Notes under the pieces: generated by a model
Database searches by the model: none
Told to the model about the DNA's origin: nothing
What the model saw: only the letters and a program-made list of their open reading frames with translations
In this document: in pieces, positions 37,165 through 45,695 of the stretch
How positions within the stretch are numbered: the stretch's first letter is position 1
Layout of the letters: every line of letters begins with the position of its first letter
Program-made: the position numbers and the translations under genes
Virus record (IMG/VR): IMGVR_UViG_3300045391_004554
Coordinates: 36,226 to 100,225 of that record
Source: a virus
Strand: one strand, 5' to 3'
DNA: 64,000 bases

Positions 37165-38106
37165 TTAATTAAGAACTTCCATTAATTTTCCGTTGATCTC
37201 CTGAGCCTTCACATAAGCCTCATATATCTCCGGCTCTAAGATGCCTTCCGACAGGAATTGAATCTTATCAGTGGCGCTTATGCCTTGATATAAGAACTCT
37301 TTTGCTTCGTCGATGATCAGTACTGCGTCTCCTTCTTGTGTAAAGTCTAACACCCGGTTGCTCTGCATCTGTTCAAGTATAAATTTAAAGCGGAGTTTGG
37401 TAATCTCGATCACCCGAAGGAAGTTGTCAAATTTCTTAACCTCTTCCAATAGCTGATTGAATATTATCTCATTCTGCGCCTGCGGATCTAACTCAAACAG
37501 GTTTGCCAATACCGCCAGTTTTGCTTCGCTGTTTTCAGCTTCCAGCACGATTTGTTCAGCCTGGTTGCGACGTTTCATATCGCTCACCTGAGAACGGTTA
37601 AGGTTTTCCGGATTGTACTCACAGAATAACTGCTCACGATTATTTGGATCGCGTGACACGTTATCCTTATTGTACGTGTGATGCCTGATCATTTCAATCA
37701 GCGGCCCGTCTGTTTCCCTGTTAAAGTCATTCAGACCGTTGCTGATGCTTATCTGGGCATCCTCATCCGTTACACGCAGCTTAAGCACGTTGTCCTGGTA
37801 TTGTTTATCCAGGGACGAAGTACCGCGCATATAGCGTATCTCTACGGGCCTGCATTCGGCAAATTCTTTTTTGCCTAAGTCATGCTTCTCGCCCCATTTG
37901 TGAAAAACCAACTTGCCGGTGGGCACGCCATTCTTCAGTTCCTGCCAGGCCCATGCTCTTGAAAAGTTGGGGATTTGTATCTCCCCAACCTGCAAGATCA
38001 TCTTCGAAGTCTGACCGTCAGGCAACCCCGTAGTTTTATTTAAAAAACCTTCCTCAATTTCTGATGGTACTGCGCCCATCACCATTATCGAAAAATATTT
38101 ACTCAT
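37165..38106 (-). CDS. conserved crAss-like protein downstream of MCP
   Basis: Position and size (313 aa), helical C-terminal half. Confidence 0.55.
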   Translation of the reverse strand: MSKYFSIMVMGAVPSEIEEGFLNKTTGLPDGQTSKMILQVGEIQIPNFSRAWAWQELKNGVPTGKLVFHKWGEKHDLGKKEFAECRPVEIRYMRGTSSLDKQYQDNVLKLRVTDEDAQISISNGLNDFNRETDGPLIEMIRHHTYNKDNVSRDPNNREQLFCEYNPENLNRSQVSDMKRRNQAEQIVLEAENSEAKLAVLANLFELDPQAQNEIIFNQLLEEVKKFDNFLRVIEITKLRFKFILEQMQSNRVLDFTQEGDAVLIIDEAKEFLYQGISATDKIQFLSEGILEPEIYEAYVKAQEINGKLMEVLN

Positions 38107-38152
38107 TTTCTTTTAGTTTAGCATTCTTTCCCTAGAATTTACACAAAAACGA

Positions 38153-39583
38153 TTAGCAGGTAGCTTTCCTGATGGTACCCATTTTGCTTGCGCAATGGAT
38201 CTCCATGCCATAAGATGTTTTTACAAACACGTTAAGGTCACGGCAACCACGTTGACGGGTATCATCCGGCCATATTTTATCCTGCCATGCAGATTCAGCA
38301 CCTTTGATGTTAACGAAGGTTACCGGAGCAACATCATTACCATTGGTATCTTTAAATGTACATGCAGGCAGCATCAGTGCAAAGTTTTCCTGGTAAGCGC
38401 CATAACGACGGTTATCAAAGGTATCGATCAGTTTCGGGGTGAACATATACCCGTAAGCGCTGAAAGTACCGTAGTCATACCAGCTGATCGCACGTTTGCC
38501 TTCACCACCTAAGCCGAACAACTGGTAGTTCTTACCAATCTCAGTTGCTTTGATCAGTGCAGCCATAGCATCGTTCCAGTCGAACTTGAATCCGAAATCA
38601 TGCAGCAACATATAATCAGTACAGCCATTAACTTTACGTAAAGCTTTGATCATGTTGAACAACATAGATTTTAAGGAAACACCGTCTCCCGGATCATAAC
38701 GACGTGAGAACATGCCCTGACTATCTGCAGTTGGGATAAGGCCGTCAAAACCCTGGCGAAGCACGTCATCTCTGCGGCCCCACAATGAGTTGATGATCTT
38801 ATTGTCTTTCAGGCGAACCAGAAGTTCTTTGGTAATCTCAGGCAATGACCACATCTGAATCTTTTCACCAGTAACCGGGTCGATACCTTTAAACAGTTTG
38901 AACTCTTTGTCGTATGCATATCCATCCAGCTCATCTTCAGAAATAGGAATCATATCTTCGAATTTCTGGATAAAGCCTTTACGTAATGCAGGAGGATTCT
39001 TTACGAAACCAGAACCGGTGATACAGTTACGGTCGCCTTTCTTATACATACGCAGGGTATCCATAACAAGCGTATAATAAGGGAACTGGCTAAGGTCAAG
39101 CGTTTCACCATTAATCGGTGTAAGGCCCACTGTATGGGAACCGGCAGTTGTCTTCGTGGTATTGGTAATGTTGACAACCTGGTTAATTTCCTTGATATAA
39201 CCACGATATCCCTTTTTAGGAGGAGAGTATTTACCACCACGGGAATAATCAGATTTGTCAAGGTTTGCGGTAACTTCTGCGCCTGGTGCACCTTTGGATA
39301 CACCACCAGTTAAGGTAATGGCCAAGGTAGTAGGTTCGCAATATTCAGTCCAGTAATAAGGATTAGTTAACACTTCACGTTTATCCTGGCTAATCATAGC
39401 CTGAATTTCCGCAAACATACCTTCTACACCTGAGTCCTTATAACACATGATTGTGCCATCGCGCAGGGAAGGCTGTAATGCGATCTGAGCAAGTGGATCA
39501 TACCACACAAGCTGCGACTGACCTTGCATAACGGTATCGATATTGAAGGTACCGGCGTCGCACTGAAATCTTTTTACGAGCAT
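38153..39583 (-). CDS. major capsid protein (HK97 fold, crAss-like)
   Basis: 476 aa after the scaffold; PYYWTE, GFDGLIP and terminal GMEIHCASKMGTI motifs; strongly biased codon use. Confidence 0.75.
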   Translation of the reverse strand: MLVKRFQCDAGTFNIDTVMQGQSQLVWYDPLAQIALQPSLRDGTIMCYKDSGVEGMFAEIQAMISQDKREVLTNPYYWTEYCEPTTLAITLTGGVSKGAPGAEVTANLDKSDYSRGGKYSPPKKGYRGYIKEINQVVNITNTTKTTAGSHTVGLTPINGETLDLSQFPYYTLVMDTLRMYKKGDRNCITGSGFVKNPPALRKGFIQKFEDMIPISEDELDGYAYDKEFKLFKGIDPVTGEKIQMWSLPEITKELLVRLKDNKIINSLWGRRDDVLRQGFDGLIPTADSQGMFSRRYDPGDGVSLKSMLFNMIKALRKVNGCTDYMLLHDFGFKFDWNDAMAALIKATEIGKNYQLFGLGGEGKRAISWYDYGTFSAYGYMFTPKLIDTFDNRRYGAYQENFALMLPACTFKDTNGNDVAPVTFVNIKGAESAWQDKIWPDDTRQRGCRDLNVFVKTSYGMEIHCASKMGTIRKATC

Positions 39584-39618
39584 CTCTTTTGAGTTTAATT
39601 GTTAATCAAATGGGTTAA

Positions 39619-40884
39619 TTATGCAAATGCCTTTTTAAGCGGTTGCTGCTCTTCCGGTGTAAGCACGTTTGAATCTGTCACTACTGGCTTAGCCGCTTTT
39701 TGCTCCTCAAAGGGCGCCTTTGCACCAACAGAACCTTTTTTCAATCCTACGCCTTCCCGAACATCACCAACTACTTTGGTAATTGCATCGATATTCTGAA
39801 AATATATCTCCTTTTTGATCTCTCTTTCAAACTCAGCACGTTGCTCAGCGGTGCCTCCTTTTTCAAGGAAATCGTCGAAGTAATGGTTTTTAACGAACAT
39901 GCGCTCTAAAGCATCCATGTCCACATTTTTCAAGACTACAGTGGCCTTATTTTCACCTTCACCAAATGTCAGTTCTTTCGGTACTGAATCGGCGATGGTT
40001 GACTTAACGAATTTTTTGAATTCGGGAATGGCCACCGTCTTGCGGTTCTCATCATCGAAAACCTCTTTAACATCATTATACTTATCTTCCAACGGCTGGA
40101 TGATACTTTTTGCAGCAAGGTCCAGGTTCTTTTTGCCTATATCCTGAAGAGCTTTATTATCGGATTCGATATGATAAAGCTCATTGAACGCATCGCGGGT
40201 CTCGTCTTCGGTTGCCGGATTAGCTTTACCATCGCCATCGACGCGGCTCTTATTAGCTTCCTGGAATTCTTTTTTGAACTGGTTATATACCAGATCCTTC
40301 GGTTCCATTTTTTTCAGGGCATCCAACGTGGATAGCTCTTCATTGGTGAAGACCTTGTTTTCTACAGCGTACTTATTAAGCGACGCAGTATAAAGCTCCT
40401 GCTTTTGCTTTTTCTGTTCCTCAGTTTCAACAACCGGGTTCAGTTTTTCGGCAAGCTCGGCTTCCGACTTAACACCATACTTTTTAAAGAGCTCCTGCAA
40501 TGCAGAATCCTTGATCTGCTTTTCTTTAGCCTCAGCTTCCGCTTTTGCTTCTGCCTCCGCAGCGGCAGCTCTTTCTTCCGGGGTTCTTGTGTCGCGTGCA
40601 GCTTCCTGCAATGCTTTGATCTCTTCCGGAGTTTTATCTTTATTTTCGTCAGCTATCTTAGCATCCTGTTCCGCCAGCTTTTCTTCGTCAGTTAAGGCAG
40701 CGACACGTTCTTCCTCAGCTTTGGCTTTAGCCGCAATTTCTTCTTCGGTTTCAGTAGCAGTTGCCGCGGCGCCTTCTTCAGCAGCAGGCGCAGGTGTACG
40801 GCCATCACCAATGGCACCCACCTCATTTTTTGGATCGACTACGGCCTTCCCACCACCGTCTTCTATTAAAGCTTCATTTATCAT
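39619..40884 (-). CDS. putative capsid scaffolding protein
   Basis: Acidic E/A/K-rich coiled coil directly upstream of MCP; TATATTTG element at 40921-40928. Confidence 0.65.
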   Translation of the reverse strand: MINEALIEDGGGKAVVDPKNEVGAIGDGRTPAPAAEEGAAATATETEEEIAAKAKAEEERVAALTDEEKLAEQDAKIADENKDKTPEEIKALQEAARDTRTPEERAAAAEAEAKAEAEAKEKQIKDSALQELFKKYGVKSEAELAEKLNPVVETEEQKKQKQELYTASLNKYAVENKVFTNEELSTLDALKKMEPKDLVYNQFKKEFQEANKSRVDGDGKANPATEDETRDAFNELYHIESDNKALQDIGKKNLDLAAKSIIQPLEDKYNDVKEVFDDENRKTVAIPEFKKFVKSTIADSVPKELTFGEGENKATVVLKNVDMDALERMFVKNHYFDDFLEKGGTAEQRAEFEREIKKEIYFQNIDAITKVVGDVREGVGLKKGSVGAKAPFEEQKAAKPVVTDSNVLTPEEQQPLKKAFA

Positions 40885-40987
40885 GTTTCCCAGAATAAAA
40901 TATTTTACAGATTATGCTAACAAATATATTTGGAATTTGGAATCATGGAGATTGTGCTTATATTTATTGCAATCAATTACATTACAT

Positions 40988-41314
40988 ATGGCCTCTAAAA
41001 GAGATGAAAAGTTTCCAATAATTGAGATACTTCACGGCGTACCTATAAGGAAATCAAATACGATATGCCTGCGGTTTAGCGAAGACGCATACCGCGATCT
41101 CGTAATTCAATCTCATAATACTTCATTGAGCGTTAGTAAAATCGTAATTTTACGGAATGGACCTTGCCAGGAATGCGGCTGCGACAACGTAACAGTTGCA
41201 GTGCTGAAAAAAAGAAATGGCTATCGAATTCAAGACAATGGGAATAACCTCGTAAAAAATGGCAAAGGACAACACGATACTGGAGAGAGCCAGGATATTA
41301 AGGCACAAGCTTGA
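40988..41314 (+). CDS. ribbon-helix-helix-like regulator with a CxxCxC motif
   Basis: True start MASKRDEK within the 40511 ORF; TICLRFSEDAYRDL...SVSKIV fits RHH; CQECGC. Confidence 0.5.
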   Translation: MASKRDEKFPIIEILHGVPIRKSNTICLRFSEDAYRDLVIQSHNTSLSVSKIVILRNGPCQECGCDNVTVAVLKKRNGYRIQDNGNNLVKNGKGQHDTGESQDIKAQA

Positions 41315-41963
41315 CGGAGACTGGAAAGTCGACTTTGAAGAGATGGGTATCTGGGAAGATGTAGAACCGCTCTATGCCCATGTCGAATCCAAAAAAAATG
41401 CAAACATTATATTTATCTATATAGTATTCGCCTACCATTCTAAGTCAGAATACATCAATCCCCACAAGGACCGGTTGGAAGTTAAACGATCTATCATGCG
41501 CAGGTTCGCCGGTAAAGAATCGCTTGACAAAGAACTTTTCCTGGACGCTGTTCTTGGCGGCGATGCAGTAATTGACAACCTGATCGAATTTATTATTAAC
41601 GATCAGCGCGACTGGCGATGGAACACGATTATCTCCAACATGGAGTTTGCATCCAAGGTTACCGCCAAATCCCGTACCGAAGATTTCAAAGAGTCTGCCG
41701 ACCTGTTGGACCTGGCTGATAAGCGCCGGGAAAAAGCAGACAAACTACTCGAAGAAATTCGCCGGGACTTTGTTGAACTGGATGGCAGCCTGGATCAGGA
41801 AGGCAAACAGAAAATAACCGAACGTACGCAAGATTTTATGTCCTGGGAGATGTTCGTTAAAAAGAAAAAGCTGGATGACGCAGCCAAAGAAGCCGAAGAT
41901 CGTGAAAAAGCTGCCAGCAAAACAAAACGCAAAAAAGAAGAATATGACGATTCGCCTATTTAA
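41259..41963 (+). CDS. helical protein, possibly a crAss-type terminase small subunit
   Basis: FIYIVFAYHSKSEY...DR resembles the conserved crAss-like gene normally upstream of TerL; long ORF opposite to its neighbours. Confidence 0.4.
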   Translation: MAKDNTILERARILRHKLDGDWKVDFEEMGIWEDVEPLYAHVESKKNANIIFIYIVFAYHSKSEYINPHKDRLEVKRSIMRRFAGKESLDKELFLDAVLGGDAVIDNLIEFIINDQRDWRWNTIISNMEFASKVTAKSRTEDFKESADLLDLADKRREKADKLLEEIRRDFVELDGSLDQEGKQKITERTQDFMSWEMFVKKKKLDDAAKEAEDREKAASKTKRKKEEYDDSPI

Positions 41964-44455
41964 GCTGCACTATCCTGTTCCGTTGCCGCCAACTTTTTAT
42001 CAAGATGGTGCTGAACTACTTTTTCCTCTATCTTTTGCTGACCACGCATTTGTGTGGTGGCCGTAGTTGTTTGACTCTTGATGCCTTCCAATAGCTGAGC
42101 AATCTTATAGTCCCATTGCTTCATCATTTCATGTGTTACATAATTACCTTGGCTGGTAGCATTTATCTGAGCAATCTTCAAATCATTCTCCATCTTAGCC
42201 TGAGCTGCCTGAGCCTGCTGTTGGGCCTGCTGCTGAGCAATCTGTTGAGCCTGCGCCTGCTTCAATTTAAGCGCCAATATACCATAAGCCTGCTTAGCAT
42301 TTTCGATGATAGAAAGATAAAGCACAACATCCGGGGTAAGCACGCCAGCTGCAGCCATAGAATCCGCCACCTGCATAATCTGCTTTTTGAATTCGTCGGT
42401 AAGCTGGTTTTCCAAATGCAGGTGCATGCGGTGCATAGGGATATCTTTGAGTGATTCCAGCGCCATAGCATTTGCCTGTCCAACGATATCCATTAAGTTT
42501 TGGAATCGCGGACTATTCTCACCTTCGTCAATAACTTCCTTAATATAGTACATCAACCAGTCGGCCACGTTTTCCACGGTCGATATATAAGCCTCTTCCA
42601 GGAAATAACGTGAATTGCTCCCGGCTGCAAGGCTGGCGGTAATACCACCGAGATTGGTTCTTGCCTGGGGCGCCTGACCTTCTGCAATCGGATTGATACC
42701 CAACGATTGGGTCATCATTTGGTATAGGCTGGTGATCAAACCAAGTCGCTTAGCGGCAGTATCTAACGAGTTAAGGTCAGTCTTAACAAATGGTTTGATA
42801 TCAATTGCTTTGCCCTCCTTATCAACAACAGATGCCAAACCGCTGCCTGTCTGGTGAAGCATTTTAATATACTCCATGGTTTTCTGCTGTTTGTTCATTC
42901 CTTGATCTGGAATATCAACCCACTCCATCATGGCCTCAATAACTTCCTTTGCCCAGATAACACCATCCGGACGGGAGTTGGCAATGTCATTTTGGAACTG
43001 GTGCCACAAATGGATAATATCATCCATGTAGGTATGCATAATCTTGGAGAAAGACATGCGTTTGATCTTATAGCCTCTTAACGAAGCCTTGGCATATTTA
43101 AAGTCTTCGCCTTCACGCTGCTGATCCTGCAACAATCCAAAATCATAAATGAAAAGAGACTGCTCCTGGAATCCGGTTGTACCACTGGCTGAAGCCGTAT
43201 CTGTAAGGGTTAATGGCTGATAGTAGAATTTATACCAAACGTTGTAATGCTGCTCGATGCGTTTAGCCTGTTTTAAACGACGCCCCGTTTGAGTAGGTGT
43301 ATAATTATAATCATCCGGAGACATTTTTTTATACATCTTGTTCCCGTTGTCGGTATATTCGGAGTACACATCCATATTTTGCGTCTGGCACTCCATATAG
43401 CCGATACGGCACTTAGCGGCATTACGCTGGAATATTTTCAGATCGCTGTAGTTTGTTGAGATGTTGTGGTACTGCCGGTTCTTGATGAAGAATTGTTTCT
43501 TCTGCTCATCGGTCAGCTTAGCCCCGAAACGTCTTACCCATTCCCCAAAGGAAATATCTTTTTCCATATACCAAAAGGTAATGTCCGACATATCCGGAAG
43601 TACAAAGGGGGAAACGTAAACATAAGAAGGGTCAAGGTAATCTATAACAGGATAGCCGGTCGTGTAACTCGTGGTGCATTGAACCGTGTGGCAATTGAAG
43701 TTCTTAATGTCTGGGATAATCTGGGCCGCGATGATTTTCCATTTGTTGATCACCTGCATGAACTCCTTGATACTGATCTCTACCCCGATCTCAGCGCCAT
43801 CCTTGTAGATATAAGTGTTATATAGCGCCAGCTGCTCATCGTTCCAGATATTAGCCTTTAAACTATCAACCACATCTACTGCGGGTTGCGTGCGTCTTTT
43901 CTTAGGTGAAGTTTTTGCATCTGCCATTTGCTTAATAAACCGGTACGGACTTTCATCCGGGCGCAACTGGCGAATACCGAAATGCTTATTCATGCCGTTA
44001 ACGAAATTGCGCATCTGCGGCATGCCTAATATCTGGGCATTATCCTTTTCCTGCTTAAGCATCGAAAACTCATCCGAAGCTTTACACACAATATTCACCG
44101 GTAGCTTTTTTAGCTCGGCCTCCTGGATCGTTTCCAGGTGAGCATATATCGGACAGGTATCCCACTTACTTTTAAAATACTCCGCACGACCGCCTTTCTT
44201 ATTGCCTCTCTCGTCAGGTAGTACAGGGTCAATAAATTCTTTATAGGCTTCGACGTCAATGATGCCCTGCTCCAAATCCCGGTAGAACTTCGCCTCTCTC
44301 GCTTCGACCAATGGCTTGCCGATCAGCTTATTAAAGTAAAGCATCTGAGCTGCCCAAAACTCGTTCTTGTCTTTTACGGGGATGAAATTCAGGGAGTCAT
44401 AATAGACATACCTGGTTTCTTTGTCAGCAAGTTTGTCTGATGAAGTGTCTGCCAC
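41960..44455 (-). CDS. portal protein (crAss-like)
   Basis: 831 aa, GTG start; GINPIAEG motif, Gln-rich C-terminal barrel; between TerL and scaffold/MCP. Confidence 0.8.
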   Translation of the reverse strand: MADTSSDKLADKETRYVYYDSLNFIPVKDKNEFWAAQMLYFNKLIGKPLVEAREAKFYRDLEQGIIDVEAYKEFIDPVLPDERGNKKGGRAEYFKSKWDTCPIYAHLETIQEAELKKLPVNIVCKASDEFSMLKQEKDNAQILGMPQMRNFVNGMNKHFGIRQLRPDESPYRFIKQMADAKTSPKKRRTQPAVDVVDSLKANIWNDEQLALYNTYIYKDGAEIGVEISIKEFMQVINKWKIIAAQIIPDIKNFNCHTVQCTTSYTTGYPVIDYLDPSYVYVSPFVLPDMSDITFWYMEKDISFGEWVRRFGAKLTDEQKKQFFIKNRQYHNISTNYSDLKIFQRNAAKCRIGYMECQTQNMDVYSEYTDNGNKMYKKMSPDDYNYTPTQTGRRLKQAKRIEQHYNVWYKFYYQPLTLTDTASASGTTGFQEQSLFIYDFGLLQDQQREGEDFKYAKASLRGYKIKRMSFSKIMHTYMDDIIHLWHQFQNDIANSRPDGVIWAKEVIEAMMEWVDIPDQGMNKQQKTMEYIKMLHQTGSGLASVVDKEGKAIDIKPFVKTDLNSLDTAAKRLGLITSLYQMMTQSLGINPIAEGQAPQARTNLGGITASLAAGSNSRYFLEEAYISTVENVADWLMYYIKEVIDEGENSPRFQNLMDIVGQANAMALESLKDIPMHRMHLHLENQLTDEFKKQIMQVADSMAAAGVLTPDVVLYLSIIENAKQAYGILALKLKQAQAQQIAQQQAQQQAQAAQAKMENDLKIAQINATSQGNYVTHEMMKQWDYKIAQLLEGIKSQTTTATTQMRGQQKIEEKVVQHHLDKKLAATEQDSAA

Positions 44456-44590
44456 GGCGAGTATTTTTGCTTAAAATTAAAAATAATTTATGAATACAGA
44501 ATTTTTTCTATATTTACCCTCGCCAATAGGACAGATTGTGTTCTTATCAGTTACATGTGAATGAGTCCGCTTTTACCCAGGCGGACTTTT

Positions 44591-45331
44591 TTAATTTAAG
44601 TGAATGATCGGGCTCTCCGACTTTTGCGCCTCAAACCTAACCGTACTCAATATATCTTTCTCAATACAAACGCTGATCACCTTGTCGTATACCTCACGTT
44701 CATATAAAGAATCAAATGGCACAAGGACCGTATCGCCTTGCTTTATCCGGCTATTCTCATGCGCGAAAAGACACCGCCTCATCACCGCATCACCTTCGTA
44801 AACAGGAACCAATATACCGTTCTCATTCTCCTCGAACGTTCCATCGACAACTGCATATTCCAGGATGACAAAAGGATCTAATGGGATCACTTCACCATCA
44901 TCTTTTACAATGCCAAAGATAACGGTTATTTCATCCAAATCTCCTTTACGCCAGATATACGTATCACGTGGCCGCTCGTTGGTAGCAGACAATAAATAAT
45001 CGTCTTCATGATAAACGTTCTTGGCAATCACATCTACCAACTTTCTTTCACCATCGTTAAATAAAATCCGCGCCGTTCCTGTATCGACAGTATAATCTAC
45101 CATCACAACATCGCCGGGTTTAACGCTATCAATCTCATCTCCCACTGCGACAATCTTAGCCAGATGCACGCCTTGCGAAAAATGCTCATCCTTATCCCTG
45201 CTTTTTTCAAATGTCAAAGTGAGCCTGATCTTTTCGCCTTTAGGACCAGGTATTTCCTTATAAAATATTTTATCGTGGTCAGTCTGCAATATCTCTACTA
45301 TTGCATGCGTAGGTAAGCACTCCAGTTCCAT
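44591..45331 (-). CDS. tandem GroES-like domain protein
   Basis: AKIVAVG..IDSVKPGDVVMV and a second unit IPLDPFVIL...IKQGDTVLV...EKDILS. Confidence 0.6.
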   Translation of the reverse strand: MELECLPTHAIVEILQTDHDKIFYKEIPGPKGEKIRLTLTFEKSRDKDEHFSQGVHLAKIVAVGDEIDSVKPGDVVMVDYTVDTGTARILFNDGERKLVDVIAKNVYHEDDYLLSATNERPRDTYIWRKGDLDEITVIFGIVKDDGEVIPLDPFVILEYAVVDGTFEENENGILVPVYEGDAVMRRCLFAHENSRIKQGDTVLVPFDSLYEREVYDKVISVCIEKDILSTVRFEAQKSESPIIHLN

Positions 45332-45684
45332 TACTTTTTCATTATGGCATCCATCAAATTCTCTTTCACTGAGTAAGCTTCACCGGTTTTTAATGGAGGC
45401 AAGTTATGAAACGCATAAATTTCCCTCTCTCTCAGCATTGTATACACAAATGACCCTATTGCCAAGTCCATTCCAGACCCTTCGCCGAAAAAAACTCTCA
45501 TTCCCGGCTTGGCTTTTACGCAATCTGGACCGACAATTTTAATAGTTCCCATATTGGGCTTTTTTCTAGCCGTCTCAGGTATGGCTAAGCCACCTTTTGT
45601 TTCATTGACTACCGGATCTCGCTCAATAAATATTATATCGGCGTTCGGATCAATAAATACATTACTTTTTTCTTCTTTTACCAT
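45331..45684 (-). CDS. groES: co-chaperonin GroES (Cpn10)
   Basis: P..D.I.I...ETKGGLAIPETA.KKP..GTI..VGP...KPG.RV.F....G......Y.MLRE.EI.A. Confidence 0.88.
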   Translation of the reverse strand: MVKEEKSNVFIDPNADIIFIERDPVVNETKGGLAIPETARKKPNMGTIKIVGPDCVKAKPGMRVFFGEGSGMDLAIGSFVYTMLREREIYAFHNLPPLKTGEAYSVKENLMDAIMKK

Positions 45685-45695
45685 GATTATATATG

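Noticed and set aside
40511-40987. N-terminal 159 aa of the 267-aa plus-strand ORF
   Set aside because: Antisense to the low-complexity scaffold gene; the real gene most likely starts at 40988
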